NCBI GenBank assembly: GCA_012729955.1 | Contig: JAAYBX010000020.1 | Span: 15,548 to 79,547 of the forward strand | From: Clostridiaceae bacterium | GTDB taxonomy: Bacteria > Bacillota > Clostridia > DUPQ01 | Direction: 5' to 3' | DNA: 64,000 nt | Shown: piece after piece, positions 1 to 12,470 of the stretch | Numbering within the stretch: the first letter of the stretch is position 1 | Layout of the letters: each line of letters starts with the position of its first letter | The notes under the pieces: generated by a model | Told to the model about the DNA's origin: nothing | The model's database searches: none | What the model saw: the letters and a program-made list of their open reading frames with translations, nothing else | Made by a program: the position numbers and the translations under genes

Positions 1-529
1 TTCCAGAACCGCATCCTGCATCCAAAACCTTACAACCTCTTCTGACAAGCTGCTCCGATTGAATAAGACACAATCGTGTCGTCTCATGACTGCCTGTTCC
101 AAAACTACTTCCCGGATCGAGTATTACTGTACTCCTGTTGTCTGTGTTTATATATTCTTCCCAGGAGGGTTTGATTACAAGGCGTTTCCCGATTTCGATA
201 GGTTTAAAATACTTCTTCCAGTTGTTTGCCCAATCCTGATCTGATACCTTTTCTGTTTCAATATCCTTATATACTGATTTTATATGGGCTAATTGCATAT
301 TGCCTTGCGAATTATCAGAAAGATACGCAGTTACACTGCTTCTTATATCCTTTAGATTCATTAGGCTTTCATCAATGTAATCCCAACTTGAAGATTTGCT
401 TTGTAAAAAATCAAGAAAATCGGAACTGTCTTCTACAGTACAGCCATTAATTCCTATGTCTATCAGGAAAGACTGTAATGTTTCAAGATCATTTTTATCT
501 GAGTAGATTTTAACTTTTATCCATTCCAT
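1..529 (-). CDS. prmA: Ribosomal protein L11 methyltransferase PrmA, 3'-truncated by the window edge. The minus-strand ATG sits at 527-529 and the gene runs past position 1.
   Basis: My own translation of the minus strand gives [18 protein letters not shown]...WANNWKKYFKPIEIGKRLVIKPSWEEY...ILDPGSSFGTGSHETTRLCL...VLDAGCGSG, the PrmA signature and SAM-binding motif. It follows dnaJ as in B. subtilis. Confidence 0.8.
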   Translation of the reverse strand, partial: MEWIKVKIYSDKNDLETLQSFLIDIGINGCTVEDSSDFLDFLQSKSSSWDYIDESLMNLKDIRSSVTAYLSDNSQGNMQLAHIKSVYKDIETEKVSDQDWANNWKKYFKPIEIGKRLVIKPSWEEYINTDNRSTVILDPGSSFGTGSHETTRLCLIQSEQLVRRGCKVLDAGCGSG

Positions 530-1638
530 CAGAAAAGTCTCTTTTTCTTTTTTTCTCTGTCTGTTGATTCACCTAAGAGCGTTGCATATGTTTCTAAAGC
601 TTTTCTCTGTTCTTTACTTAGTTTTCTAGGTACATCAACATATACTTCAAATATCTGGTCTCCCCTTGTTTCTCTGTTGAGCACTGGTATGCCTTTGTTT
701 TTTATGGTGAATGATGTGTTGGTCTGAGTGCCTTCAGGTATGCTGTATTTCATATCACCTTCTAAAGTCGGAACTGTAATTTCAGCACCTAAAACAGCTT
801 GGGAATAACTTATTGGAATTCTGCAATACACTGTTGTATTATCTCTGGTGAATGTTTCATGAGGCATCACAGTGATATGAACAAGAAGATCACCCTCCGG
901 TCCCCCATTCCTGCCGGCATCACCCTGTCCCCTTAATGAGATAATCTGATTATTATCAATACCTTTTGGAATGTTAATCTCTATTTTCTTTGTTACCTTT
1001 ATATTTCCTGAACCTTTACAGTTTTCGCAGAATTCTTCGATAATTTTGCCTTTTCCATTGCATTTGCTGCATGTAGTAGCTGTTATCATCTGCCCAAACA
1101 GAGTATTCTGCTGAATACGCATCTCACCTGTGCCTCTGCACTGTGGACAGGTCTTCATCCCAGTTCCTTCTTTTGCACCTGTTCCATTACATTTCTCACA
1201 GGATTCGCTTCTTGATATGTTTAGTGTTTTTTTAGTGCCAAATGCCGCTTCTATAAAAGTTATCTTTATAGATTCCTTAATGTCCCTGCCTCTAACAGGT
1301 GCATTTCTTCTTGCTGAAGATGATGAGAAGCCACCGGAAAATCCTCCTCCGAAAAGATCATTAAAAATATCAAACGGGTTAAACCCTCCAGAGAAACCTG
1401 ATGAGAAGGATCCATTAAGACCTTCAAATCCGAATTGGTCGTACTGTCTTCTCTTATCAGGATCGCTTAAAATACTGTAAGCTTCACCGATTTCCTTGAA
1501 AAGTGTTTCAGCTTCAGCTGTTTTGTTTACGTCCGGGTGGTATTTTTTTGCTAATACCCTGTATGCTTTTTTTAATTCTTCGTCAGAAGCGTTGCGGTTA
1601 ACGCCTAAAACTTCATAATAATCTCTTTTTTCTGCCAC
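529..1638 (-). CDS. dnaJ: Molecular chaperone DnaJ
   Basis: N-terminal J-domain (YYEVLGV...HPD), a G/F-rich linker and four CxxCxGxG zinc-finger repeats; 369 aa. Confidence 0.95.
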   Translation of the reverse strand: MAEKRDYYEVLGVNRNASDEELKKAYRVLAKKYHPDVNKTAEAETLFKEIGEAYSILSDPDKRRQYDQFGFEGLNGSFSSGFSGGFNPFDIFNDLFGGGFSGGFSSSSARRNAPVRGRDIKESIKITFIEAAFGTKKTLNISRSESCEKCNGTGAKEGTGMKTCPQCRGTGEMRIQQNTLFGQMITATTCSKCNGKGKIIEEFCENCKGSGNIKVTKKIEINIPKGIDNNQIISLRGQGDAGRNGGPEGDLLVHITVMPHETFTRDNTTVYCRIPISYSQAVLGAEITVPTLEGDMKYSIPEGTQTNTSFTIKNKGIPVLNRETRGDQIFEVYVDVPRKLSKEQRKALETYATLLGESTDREKKKKRLF

Positions 1639-1727
1639 AAGTAACGCCCCTTGTCAATATTATTTTACACTCAAGCGGCGATTTTCATCGCCGCCTGAGC
1701 GACCGATTTATTATATACTATACTAAC

Positions 1728-3584
<1,857 letters not shown>

Positions 3585-3638
3585 TTATTTGTCTTTGACT
3601 TTTTTTGACTTTATTGTTATTAAAATTAGTATTCTTTT

Positions 3639-4181
3639 TTATTTTGCTACTTTTACCATGCTGTGCCTTACAACACGGTCTTTATAAATATATCCTTTTT
3701 TGAAAACCTCAACAACAACTCCTGTTTCTATGTCTGGATCCTCCACAATCATTACTGCATCGTGAATATTCGGGTCGAATTCTTTGTTAAGGCAGTCGAT
3801 CTCTTTAATATCCAGTTTCGTTAACGTGTCAATAAACTGTTTATGAATCAACTTAATTCCCTTCAGGATATCATTATCTGCTGATTTGCTGTTAGCTAAT
3901 GCAAGATCAAGATTATCCAGTACAGGCAGAAATTTTTCTGTTATATCTGCGACACAAGTATCATAGATATCTTCCTTTTCCTTGGCAGTTCTTTTTCTGT
4001 AATTTTCATATTCAGCTGCAAGGCGTTTATAGCATTCAGTCAGTTCCTGATTCTGTTTTTCAAAATCCACTGAACACTGTGTTACCTGTTCGTCTTCATG
4101 GCTTTCATTGCTCACATCGGGAATATCTACTCCTTCTTGCTGCTTTTTAACATCTTTTTCATCATGTTTATTCTTTGCCAT
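3639..4181 (-). CDS. grpE: Nucleotide exchange factor GrpE
   Basis: 180-aa acidic coiled-coil protein between hrcA and dnaK. Confidence 0.9.
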   Translation of the reverse strand: MAKNKHDEKDVKKQQEGVDIPDVSNESHEDEQVTQCSVDFEKQNQELTECYKRLAAEYENYRKRTAKEKEDIYDTCVADITEKFLPVLDNLDLALANSKSADNDILKGIKLIHKQFIDTLTKLDIKEIDCLNKEFDPNIHDAVMIVEDPDIETGVVVEVFKKGYIYKDRVVRHSMVKVAK

Positions 4182-5206
4182 TACCGCACCTCCTTCTTTT
4201 CAGTTTTGTCATCTATAATATTACCTAATATATTCTCTATATTATTAAGAGAATTCATTACCTTTTTGTAATCCATTCTTGTAGGTCCTGCAATTCCAAA
4301 AGTTATTTTCCCTTCTGAGCCAAGATCATATGTGTGTTTTGCGATAGCAAGCTTATTGAAATTTTCATTTTTAATTTCATTGCCAATACTAACGGAAAAA
4401 GCATCATTTGTTGAACATAAAAGAAGCTCACTGAGTTCATATTCCCTGTTGAAGGCATCAAAAATACTTTTTACTTCTGATATTTCTTTAAAATCAGGAA
4501 ATGAGAGCAGGTTCTCCTTTCCTTTCAGAAATACTTCATTGTCTTCGTATTGATTAAGAATATCTATAACCTCTGATACTATCCTGATGAAAAAAGTCTT
4601 ATTATCACGATCAAATTTATCAATAAAGCTGAAGCTTGCATTCTGTATATCTCTAAGGGTCATACCATATAGTTTTTCGTTTAGATACTCAGAAAGTATG
4701 TTTACCTTAACATTTTCGCTAAGCTGTTCTTTTATAAGCCTGTGTGCAGCAATCCTGTTCTTTAGTATAAGAACCAGAAGATAAGTATCTTTGGCCACTG
4801 AAAGTATATGAAATGTATCTATCCTGCTTTCATTTCTTTTTAAGACTCCTAAAGAAGTATATGGATTATCTGAAAAAAGCTTTTTAAATATATTATCTAA
4901 AGCGTCCTCTATTTCAACTCTTTTTAAAAGCCTATATATCTTTTCTTCAATTTCTTTCTGCTTAATGTATTCGGTAAGGTAATCTACATAAAATCTGTAA
5001 CCTTTGTCAGTAGGTATCCTTCCTGAAGAAGTGTGTATGGAAGTAATGTACCCTTCTTCTTCAAGCTGGTGCATTTCATTCCTTACAGTAGCGCTGGATA
5101 CTCCTAAGGAGTACTTATCAGTGATGTTCTTCGATCCTACCGGTTCCGCGCTATTTACATATTCTTCAATTATAACCAACAGTATGTCGGCAGCCCTCTT
5201 ATCCAT
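4181..5206 (-). CDS. hrcA: Heat-inducible transcription repressor HrcA. The start is placed at the internal Met MDKRAADILL; the ORF track runs on to 5224.
   Basis: AEPVGSKNI...SSATVRNEM...GYI is the HrcA winged-helix N-terminus. A CIRCE lies immediately upstream, and AGAGGU sits 4 nt before the ATG at 5206. Confidence 0.9.
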   Translation of the reverse strand: MDKRAADILLVIIEEYVNSAEPVGSKNITDKYSLGVSSATVRNEMHQLEEEGYITSIHTSSGRIPTDKGYRFYVDYLTEYIKQKEIEEKIYRLLKRVEIEDALDNIFKKLFSDNPYTSLGVLKRNESRIDTFHILSVAKDTYLLVLILKNRIAAHRLIKEQLSENVKVNILSEYLNEKLYGMTLRDIQNASFSFIDKFDRDNKTFFIRIVSEVIDILNQYEDNEVFLKGKENLLSFPDFKEISEVKSIFDAFNREYELSELLLCSTNDAFSVSIGNEIKNENFNKLAIAKHTYDLGSEGKITFGIAGPTRMDYKKVMNSLNNIENILGNIIDDKTEKKEVR

Positions 5207-5217
5207 TTTACCTCTTT

Positions 5218-5244
5218 TTAGCACTCAGCCTTCAAGAGTGCTAA
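5218..5244. promoter_or_regulatory. CIRCE operator (HrcA binding site), TTAGCACTC-N9-GAGTGCTAA
   Basis: Perfect 9-bp inverted repeat with a 9-nt spacer, ttagcactcagccttcaagagtgctaa, directly 5' of hrcA. Confidence 0.9.
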
Positions 5245-5326
5245 CTATACTAAAAAATACCACCTGGGTATTCCTTTGTCAATATGTATTTTATCAAAAT
5301 GATGTGAACATAACATGAATAGGTGA

Positions 5327-6196
5327 CTAAATCACATTATCTGGCAGGCTTGAATACTTGAATTCTCCCATACTTTCAAAAAGATTTACAGAATCATTAT
5401 CGATAATTAAGTTATCAGCTTGATTATCTTTTATGCACAGGACTTTTATAAGCTCTGTTTTGTTCTCTAAAGCTTTTAAAACAACTGCATGACCTTTCAA
5501 TATATAATTATAGTGATTTCGTGAAATAATCTGCACATTGGCTGCATTCCAGAATTTTGTATCCTTCTGAATATTGCTTCCATTCTTCACAGTAAACGAA
5601 GGATACAGTGACTTTGGAGACATAAGTATTATCTGTTCTTTTTTTCGGCTTTCCATAAATAGGTCCATGTGTCCCATTATTATACTGGCTAAAGTATCCG
5701 GATCGTGCCATGTGGCATCAAGAACAAGATCATAATTACAGTAATCCCAATAGTCCGCATTATATATTCTGATAAAGCGCTCATGTTCAGCCTGCGCTCT
5801 TTCTATAAGCTTCAGTTTTGCTTCGTGTACATCAGCATAACCTTCAACATCCCCTCTGTCTGCTTTGGTCACACGCTGAGCTGACACAAAAGGATCTACT
5901 GTGAGAAATATTTTATATGATTCCTTTACAAAGAACCATGCCATACGTGAGTCGAAGATTATCGTCCTGTTTTTGTTTTCATCAGAAATACGTATTGTTT
6001 CATTGTCAATTATACTATCCAATTCAGGATGCTCTACCATCATCTTGTTAAGCTCTAAAGTTGTAACACCTTTTTGAGATGCTACCTGTCTTTGTATTTT
6101 GCCTGTCGAATATATCTCATAACCTTTTTGTTCAGATATGATTTTGCATATAGTTGATTTACCGCTTCCAAGCATCCCTGTTATCGTAATGTGCAT
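5327..6196 (-). CDS. Cytidylate-kinase-like P-loop NTPase family protein with an extra C-terminal domain of about 100 aa. The start is placed at MHITITG.
   Basis: Walker A GMLGSGKST in a CMP-kinase-like fold. The C-terminal third has no recognisable similarity. Confidence 0.55.
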   Translation of the reverse strand: MHITITGMLGSGKSTICKIISEQKGYEIYSTGKIQRQVASQKGVTTLELNKMMVEHPELDSIIDNETIRISDENKNRTIIFDSRMAWFFVKESYKIFLTVDPFVSAQRVTKADRGDVEGYADVHEAKLKLIERAQAEHERFIRIYNADYWDYCNYDLVLDATWHDPDTLASIIMGHMDLFMESRKKEQIILMSPKSLYPSFTVKNGSNIQKDTKFWNAANVQIISRNHYNYILKGHAVVLKALENKTELIKVLCIKDNQADNLIIDNDSVNLFESMGEFKYSSLPDNVI

Positions 6197-6303
6197 AATA
6201 CTTTTGCGCCACCTGTTCTTAAAGCATAAATGCCTTCTTGTCATATCTAAATATAACTCACATACCGCTTTGTGAGCAAGAGAAACATGTAAATCAGCGG
6301 TTA

Positions 6304-7428
6304 TTAAATAAATTCCACGAAAACCTTGTTTGCTACATCCATACCTAATCTTGTTAGGGAATATGTATTAGAAGTTTTGTCAATTAATCCTGATAGCATA
6401 AGTTTTTCTATTTTCTCTTCATACCTTATTTCGAAATCAAATCCGAACTCATCTTTAAAATTGGCAATATCTACTCCGCTGTTCATCCTAAACTTGAGTA
6501 TAATATATTCAGATATAATTTCATCCTGAGTAAGCTTACCACAATGAACAACAGGCTTCTCGTATTTACTTAATTTAGATATGTAATGATGTATATCATC
6601 GGTATTGCTATATCTAGTCTCGTTGAACAGTGAGTGTGCGGATATACCGAATCCTAAGTATTCATCACGGTTCCAGTAACCTATATTATGTCTGCATTCA
6701 TAACCATTTCTGGCGAAATTTGATATTTCATATTGATTAATATTTGCTTTTTGAAGGCTATTTATACTCAAGTCATACATTTTCCTGTCCAAAACCTCAT
6801 CTGGATATGGCATAACTCCCTTTTTAACCATATTATCCAATAAAGTACCTTCCTCAAGAGAAAGACTATAGCAGGAAACATGAGGTATATCCAGACTTTT
6901 AATAACATTTAAGGATTCTTCATAATTTTCGAAAGACTGTTTTGGGTATCCGAATATCAAATCAGCATTAATATTATCAAAACCTGATGCTTTGCATTCA
7001 TGAATGTTATTTATTGCAGTTGACCTGTTATGCACCCTGCCCATATATATAAGAATCCTGTCGCAGAAAGACTGGATGCCAAAACTTATCCTGTTAATTC
7101 CCATCTGCCTGTACTGTGCGAAATTCCTGTATCCAATCGCTCCTGGATTCACTTCAATTGTTACTTCAGCTGATTCATCGAATTTAAAACAATCAAGCAC
7201 TTCGTATATGTACTGCGCATCTACATGGGAAGGGGTTCCTCCTCCTATGAAGATGCTGTCAATTCTTCTTCCTCTCAATTCATTTGAATAAAGAGCTATT
7301 TCGCTTATTAGTGACTTGAAATATGGTTTGAACATATAATCCATACCTGCAAAAGAGTTGAAATCACAGTAATTGCATTTCGCTTTACAAAAAGGTATAT
7401 GAATATATATCCTTAAATCGCTCTTCAT
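6304..7428 (-). CDS. hemW: Radical SAM heme chaperone HemW (HemN-like, oxygen-independent coproporphyrinogen oxidase family)
   Basis: CKAKCNYCDF radical-SAM CxxxCxxC at the N-terminus, 374 aa, next to lepA as in Bacillus. Confidence 0.85.
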   Translation of the reverse strand: MKSDLRIYIHIPFCKAKCNYCDFNSFAGMDYMFKPYFKSLISEIALYSNELRGRRIDSIFIGGGTPSHVDAQYIYEVLDCFKFDESAEVTIEVNPGAIGYRNFAQYRQMGINRISFGIQSFCDRILIYMGRVHNRSTAINNIHECKASGFDNINADLIFGYPKQSFENYEESLNVIKSLDIPHVSCYSLSLEEGTLLDNMVKKGVMPYPDEVLDRKMYDLSINSLQKANINQYEISNFARNGYECRHNIGYWNRDEYLGFGISAHSLFNETRYSNTDDIHHYISKLSKYEKPVVHCGKLTQDEIISEYIILKFRMNSGVDIANFKDEFGFDFEIRYEEKIEKLMLSGLIDKTSNTYSLTRLGMDVANKVFVEFI

Positions 7429-7429
7429 A

Positions 7430-9232
7430 CTAAGTATCCAGCTTTAAAACACTCATAAAGGCTTCCTGAGGCACTTCCACTGAACCTAACTGCCTCATTC
7501 TCTTTTTTCCTTCTTTCTGTTTTTCTAAAAGCTTCTTCTTTCTGGAGATATCACCTCCATAACACTTTGCAATAACATCTTTCCTGTATGCTCTTACAGT
7601 CTCTCTAGCTATTATCTTTCCGCCGATAGCAGCTTGAACAGGTATTTCAAACTGATGTCTGGGTATCTGGTCTTTTAGTTTTTCGGCCATTCTTCTTCCA
7701 CGGGAATATGCTTTGCTTTCATGTACTATAAAGGATAACGCATCTATTACTTCCTGATTAAGCAGTATATCCATTTTAACTAACTTACTCTTTTCATATT
7801 TTAAAACTTCATAATCAAGTGATGCATAACCTTTGGATCTGGATTTAAGTGCATCAAAAAAATCATATATTATCTCGTTAAGAGGAAGCTCATAATCAAG
7901 TTTTGTCCGTGTATCATCAATATATTCCATATGAATGAAAGTACCTCTTCTGTCCTGGCAGAGTTCCATTATATTACCAACATATTCAGAAGGGACTATT
8001 ATCACTGCTTTTGCAATAGGTTCCTCCATAAAATCAATTTCACTTATAGGAGGAAGGTTGGTAGGATTATCTACATTCAGTACTTCCCCGTTTGTTTTCG
8101 TAATCTTGTATATAACGCTAGGAGCAGTGGTAATGATATCAAGATCAAATTCTCTCTCAACTCTCTCCTGTATTATTTCCATATGAAGCAATCCTAAGAA
8201 TCCGCATCTGAATCCGAATCCTAATGCAGCTGAGGACTCAGGTTCAAACATCAATGCAGCATCATTCAGCTTTAGCTTCATCAATGCATCCTTAAGTACG
8301 TTATATTTTGAGCCATCTGCAGGATAAATACCGCAGAACACCATAGAAACTGCTTCTTTGTAGCCTGGAAGAGGAGTTTTGGCTTTGTTTTCAACTGTTG
8401 TAACCGTATCCCCAACCCTAGTGTCTTCAACATTTTTTATACTTGCAGTTATGTATCCTACCTCCCCTGAAGTCAGTTCAGTTGCAGGTATAAATCCTCC
8501 GGGTTTTAAATAACCTATTTCTACTATTTGGTATTCCTTATTAGTATTCATAAGATTAATTGTATCAGTAAGCTTTATTACCCCGTCCATTACTCTGCAG
8601 TAAATAATAACACCCTTATATGAATCAAATTTTGAATCAAAAATAAGGGCTCTTGCAGGAAGGTCAGATCTGTCTTCCGGAGAAGGAAGATATTGTACTA
8701 TCTTTTCCAATACTTCATCTATATTTATACGGTTTTTTGCAGAAATCTTTGGAGCATGATGTGCTTCAATTCCTATTAAATTTTCTATTTCATCTATAAC
8801 ATATTCAGGCCTCGCGGCAGGAAGATCAATCTTATTAATAACCGGTAGTATTTCAAGGTCATTATCAATAGCCATGTAGACATTAGCCAAGGTCTGTGCT
8901 TCAACACCCTGCGCAGCATCCACGACAAGTACAGCACCGTCACATGCAGCAAGGCTTCTGCTGACTTCATATGAGAAATCCACATGACCAGGAGTATCAA
9001 TAAGATTAAGTATATACTCCTTGCCATCCTTGTGTTTATATACCATACGGACTGCCTGTGATTTAATTGTTATACCACGTTCTTTCTCTATATCCATATT
9101 ATCCAGAACCTGGTCATACATCTCCCTGCTTGTCAATAATCCTGTATTTTCAATAAGCCTGTCAGCAAGTGTGCTTTTGCCGTGGTCTATATGCGCTATT
9201 ATACAAAAATTCCTTATCCTGTCTTTTTTCAA
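7430..9232 (-). CDS. lepA: Elongation factor 4 (LepA)
   Basis: [10 protein letters not shown]-domain and DTPGHVDF motif, 600 aa. Confidence 0.95.
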   Translation of the reverse strand: MKKDRIRNFCIIAHIDHGKSTLADRLIENTGLLTSREMYDQVLDNMDIEKERGITIKSQAVRMVYKHKDGKEYILNLIDTPGHVDFSYEVSRSLAACDGAVLVVDAAQGVEAQTLANVYMAIDNDLEILPVINKIDLPAARPEYVIDEIENLIGIEAHHAPKISAKNRINIDEVLEKIVQYLPSPEDRSDLPARALIFDSKFDSYKGVIIYCRVMDGVIKLTDTINLMNTNKEYQIVEIGYLKPGGFIPATELTSGEVGYITASIKNVEDTRVGDTVTTVENKAKTPLPGYKEAVSMVFCGIYPADGSKYNVLKDALMKLKLNDAALMFEPESSAALGFGFRCGFLGLLHMEIIQERVEREFDLDIITTAPSVIYKITKTNGEVLNVDNPTNLPPISEIDFMEEPIAKAVIIVPSEYVGNIMELCQDRRGTFIHMEYIDDTRTKLDYELPLNEIIYDFFDALKSRSKGYASLDYEVLKYEKSKLVKMDILLNQEVIDALSFIVHESKAYSRGRRMAEKLKDQIPRHQFEIPVQAAIGGKIIARETVRAYRKDVIAKCYGGDISRKKKLLEKQKEGKKRMRQLGSVEVPQEAFMSVLKLDT

Positions 9233-9276
9233 GTTTATCTCCAGTTCAATTTTTCGTAGAGATTATATATTAACTG

Positions 9277-10485
9277 TCACTGCTTTACAATCGGAATATT
9301 ATATGTGTGTTTTATTATATCTTCCAGTTTTTCCTTTGTATTTAATGAAATATCATAAATGACTTTGTTAAGCAGAAAATTTTTTATTTCTTTTATACTG
9401 TTCCTGGAATATCCCATTGCCATTATATCATGACCAGATATTGCTAACTCATTAGCCTTAGTTATATAACCTTCGCTGATTACTTTATCTAAAACAACCC
9501 TGGACTGCTCTTTAAATTCTAATATAATAGAAATGCTGCTTTTACTGATCAAGGTAAGAAGTTTTCTAATTGATGATTCATCTGTATCGTTATCAATATA
9601 TTTAAGAACTTCTAGCAAGGTATCGGCAGTTTTATTATCAGTTTTCAGGTTTTTTAACTCCTCAATTATCATATGCAGATCAGGGTAATGGTAAAATAAA
9701 TGAGTTAATCTGCATTCAAAACTTCCCTCTTTCAGAAAACCTTGATTAATATACTGAGGATATATGAATATCTGATATGCAATACCAGTATCAAAAAGTA
9801 TTTTCAAACTCCTCGATTTACTGATGATTTTGGAAAGCTCGCTGTAAATCCTTTCTTTTGAAATAGACTTTAAGAGATATGAATATTTTATTATGTTATC
9901 CAAAGTTTTACTGTCAATATTAAAATCAAGCGTGCATGCGAATCTAACTGCTCTTAATATCCTTAATGCATCTTCGGTAAATCGTCTTTCTGGTGAGCCT
10001 ACAGTTTTAATGACTTTGCTTTTTATATCATCATATGAATTGAAATAGTCAAATATGTGATTTTTGTCATATGCCAAGGTATTTATTGTGAAATCTCTTC
10101 TTTTTACATCATCATACAAACTTTTTGAAAAAGTAACAATGTCAGGTTTTCTATTATCGGAATAACCGGATTCTTTTCTGAATGTTGTAATCTCATAGCT
10201 GCTGTTATCAGTTTTTACAGTCACAGTACCAAATGCAATTCCGGTTTCCTTTACGTTAGCGAACATTTTCTTGATTTCATCAGGTTCTGCATCTGAAGCA
10301 ATGTCAAAGTCTGCAGGAGTTCTATCCATAACAGCATCACGAACACACCCTCCTATAAAGTATGCTTTATAGCCGTACTCATGAATCCTATCAATTACTG
10401 ATATGTGTTTCTCAAAATATCTTTTAAATTTGTCATCAGGTTTATACTTTTTCAAACGGATATACCGTCGGAGCCTGTTCGCCAA
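9277..10485 (-). CDS. cca: CCA-adding tRNA nucleotidyltransferase / poly(A) polymerase family protein. The 5' end overlaps the upstream kinase by 44 nt, so the start is uncertain.
   Basis: GGCVRD...D.D nucleotidyltransferase head motif; 402 aa. Confidence 0.8.
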   Translation of the reverse strand: MANRLRRYIRLKKYKPDDKFKRYFEKHISVIDRIHEYGYKAYFIGGCVRDAVMDRTPADFDIASDAEPDEIKKMFANVKETGIAFGTVTVKTDNSSYEITTFRKESGYSDNRKPDIVTFSKSLYDDVKRRDFTINTLAYDKNHIFDYFNSYDDIKSKVIKTVGSPERRFTEDALRILRAVRFACTLDFNIDSKTLDNIIKYSYLLKSISKERIYSELSKIISKSRSLKILFDTGIAYQIFIYPQYINQGFLKEGSFECRLTHLFYHYPDLHMIIEELKNLKTDNKTADTLLEVLKYIDNDTDESSIRKLLTLISKSSISIILEFKEQSRVVLDKVISEGYITKANELAISGHDIMAMGYSRNSIKEIKNFLLNKVIYDISLNTKEKLEDIIKHTYNIPIVKQ

Positions 10486-11707
10486 GATAACCTATTGCAA
10501 GAGTATCATATGCAATGATAAGCTCTTCATCAGTGGGAATGACCATTGCGTAAACATCATTACCGGCGAACTTTCCTTTTCCGATAACTACTTCCTCTCC
10601 TCTGATCTTGTTTGCCTCATTATCTATTTCAAAAGCAAATGCTTTTAACATTTCAAGCACCCTCTGTCTTACAAACCATTCATTTTCCCCTACTCCTGCT
10701 GTAAAGACAATTGCTTTTAGATTATTTGTTGTACATGCATATTCACCAATATATTTAGCTATCCTGTAACAGTAGATATCTACAATCTGCATGCTTTCTT
10801 CATCGCCTTCAATAGCTTTTGCCCTTATATCCTGCATAAGGTTTGTTCCTGCAAGACCCTTCAATCCACTGTCCTTATTAAGCATTTTTGTTGTCTTTTC
10901 ATATGCATCGCATTTATCCATTCCTTCTTCAGCATATCTGCCGGCAACATGAGCGATTATTGCAGGGTCTATGTCGCCGCATCTTGTTCCCATTATCACA
11001 CCTTCAAGCGGAGTGAACCCCATTGATGTATCCTTGCTCTTTCCGTTTTCAACTTTTGTTATGCTAGATCCATTTCCAAGATGAGCTGTCACACATGTGA
11101 ATTGGTCATACGGTGTCTTAAGCAGAACAGCTGCTCTTTTAGATACATATAAATGGCTTGTACCATGAAATCCGTATCTTCTTACTAAAAAATCCTGATA
11201 CCATTTTGCAGGTATTGCATATCTGAAAGCTTCATATCCCATAGTACCATGAAATGCTGTGTCAAATACAGCTACATTAGGGACACCAGGAAGCAGTTTC
11301 TCTGTGACTTCAACACCGATATAATTTTGTGGATTGTGCAGCGGAGCGACTGAAAATAAGGCTTTGATATGCTCTTTCACATCATTTGTTATAAGAGTGC
11401 TTTTCGTATATATAGGACCCCCATGTACTATTCTGTGACCTACTGCGCATATGCTTTCTTTCTCAATACCGTTCTTTAAAAAAACTTCAAACATCTCTGT
11501 GAGCGCGTCCTCATGTGTCTCTAGAGATATAGGATATTTGCATTTTTCACCATTAAATGAAAACCTCATGGTACTTCTTCTTATATTGCCGATTTCTTCT
11601 GCAATACCATTTAATATTGGTGTAACTGTCATATCTTCATTGATATTGAAAATGTTAAATTTAAGTGAGGAACTTCCGCAGTTTAGGGATAGAATTGTTT
11701 TTTTCAT
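10442..11707 (-). CDS. Acetate/propionate kinase family protein (ASKHA)
   Basis: LNCGSSSLKF (acetate-kinase N-terminal motif), VGHRIVHGG and a GTRCGDIDP-like motif; 421 aa. Confidence 0.8.
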   Translation of the reverse strand: MKKTILSLNCGSSSLKFNIFNINEDMTVTPILNGIAEEIGNIRRSTMRFSFNGEKCKYPISLETHEDALTEMFEVFLKNGIEKESICAVGHRIVHGGPIYTKSTLITNDVKEHIKALFSVAPLHNPQNYIGVEVTEKLLPGVPNVAVFDTAFHGTMGYEAFRYAIPAKWYQDFLVRRYGFHGTSHLYVSKRAAVLLKTPYDQFTCVTAHLGNGSSITKVENGKSKDTSMGFTPLEGVIMGTRCGDIDPAIIAHVAGRYAEEGMDKCDAYEKTTKMLNKDSGLKGLAGTNLMQDIRAKAIEGDEESMQIVDIYCYRIAKYIGEYACTTNNLKAIVFTAGVGENEWFVRQRVLEMLKAFAFEIDNEANKIRGEEVVIGKGKFAGNDVYAMVIPTDEELIIAYDTLAIGYLGEQAPTVYPFEKV

Positions 11708-11811
11708 AGTTGATTCCTTTCATTTTCACAATTATATCATTGCATATTTTCTGTTTCAAGTAAACAATATTATCAACTGAGTGAGTATAATTAATCAAAC
11801 ATTTGTTTACA

Positions 11812-11825
11812 CGAACTTATGTTTT
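11812..11825. promoter_or_regulatory. LexA (SOS/Cheo-type) operator cGAACttatGTTTt in the lexA promoter
   Basis: GAAC-N4-GTTT lies between a -35-like TTTACA (11805-11810) and a TATAAT (11830-11835), directly upstream of lexA. Confidence 0.55.
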
Positions 11826-11864
11826 GTGCTATAATTGACATATATAGCAGCGGAGGTATTAATA

Positions 11865-12470
11865 ATGAAAGATTATCTATCAATCAGAGAGGAACAGACT
11901 TATGAATATATAAGGGATTTCATCCGTGAGAAAGGTTATGCTCCTTCAGTCAGGGATATATGCAAAGACATGAATATTCCATCTACATCTACTGCACATT
12001 CATATATAAACAAGCTCAAACGTTTAGGTTACATTGAGAAAAATGACTCAATTTCCCGTTCTCTGACATTATCAAAACAAGAAGCTGTCCCGGTAGTTGA
12101 AGTCCCGGTCATTGGAAATGTGGCAGCGGGAACACCTATTCTTGCTGTCGAAAATATTATAGAATATTTCCCTGTACCTGAAGCATATCTTAAGAGCGGG
12201 GTCACATTCATGCTTAAAGTCAAGGGTGACAGTATGATTGATGCCGGTATTCATAATAATGATATGATATTGGTTAAAAAACAGGAAGTAGCATATGATA
12301 AGGACATTGTTGTTGCACTTATAGATAATGAAACAACAGTCAAAACATTTTACAGAGAACGAGACAGAGTACGTCTTCAGCCGGAAAATATTAATTATGA
12401 ACCGATATATGTATACAAGGATCTGCAAATTTTAGGTAAGGTTTTTGGGGTTTTCAGGATTTTTAACTGA
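11865..12470 (+). CDS. lexA: SOS repressor LexA. The start is placed at MKDYLS, with GGAGG seven nt upstream.
   Basis: N-terminal winged HTH, AAG autocleavage site (NVAAGTP), and the S24 peptidase Ser/Lys pair (GDSM ... K). Confidence 0.93.
   Translation: MKDYLSIREEQTYEYIRDFIREKGYAPSVRDICKDMNIPSTSTAHSYINKLKRLGYIEKNDSISRSLTLSKQEAVPVVEVPVIGNVAAGTPILAVENIIEYFPVPEAYLKSGVTFMLKVKGDSMIDAGIHNNDMILVKKQEVAYDKDIVVALIDNETTVKTFYRERDRVRLQPENINYEPIYVYKDLQILGKVFGVFRIFN

Noticed and set aside
59-450. Plus-strand ORFs 59..244 and 226..450
   Set aside because: They lie antisense to a clearly coding minus-strand prmA reading frame and have no motifs.
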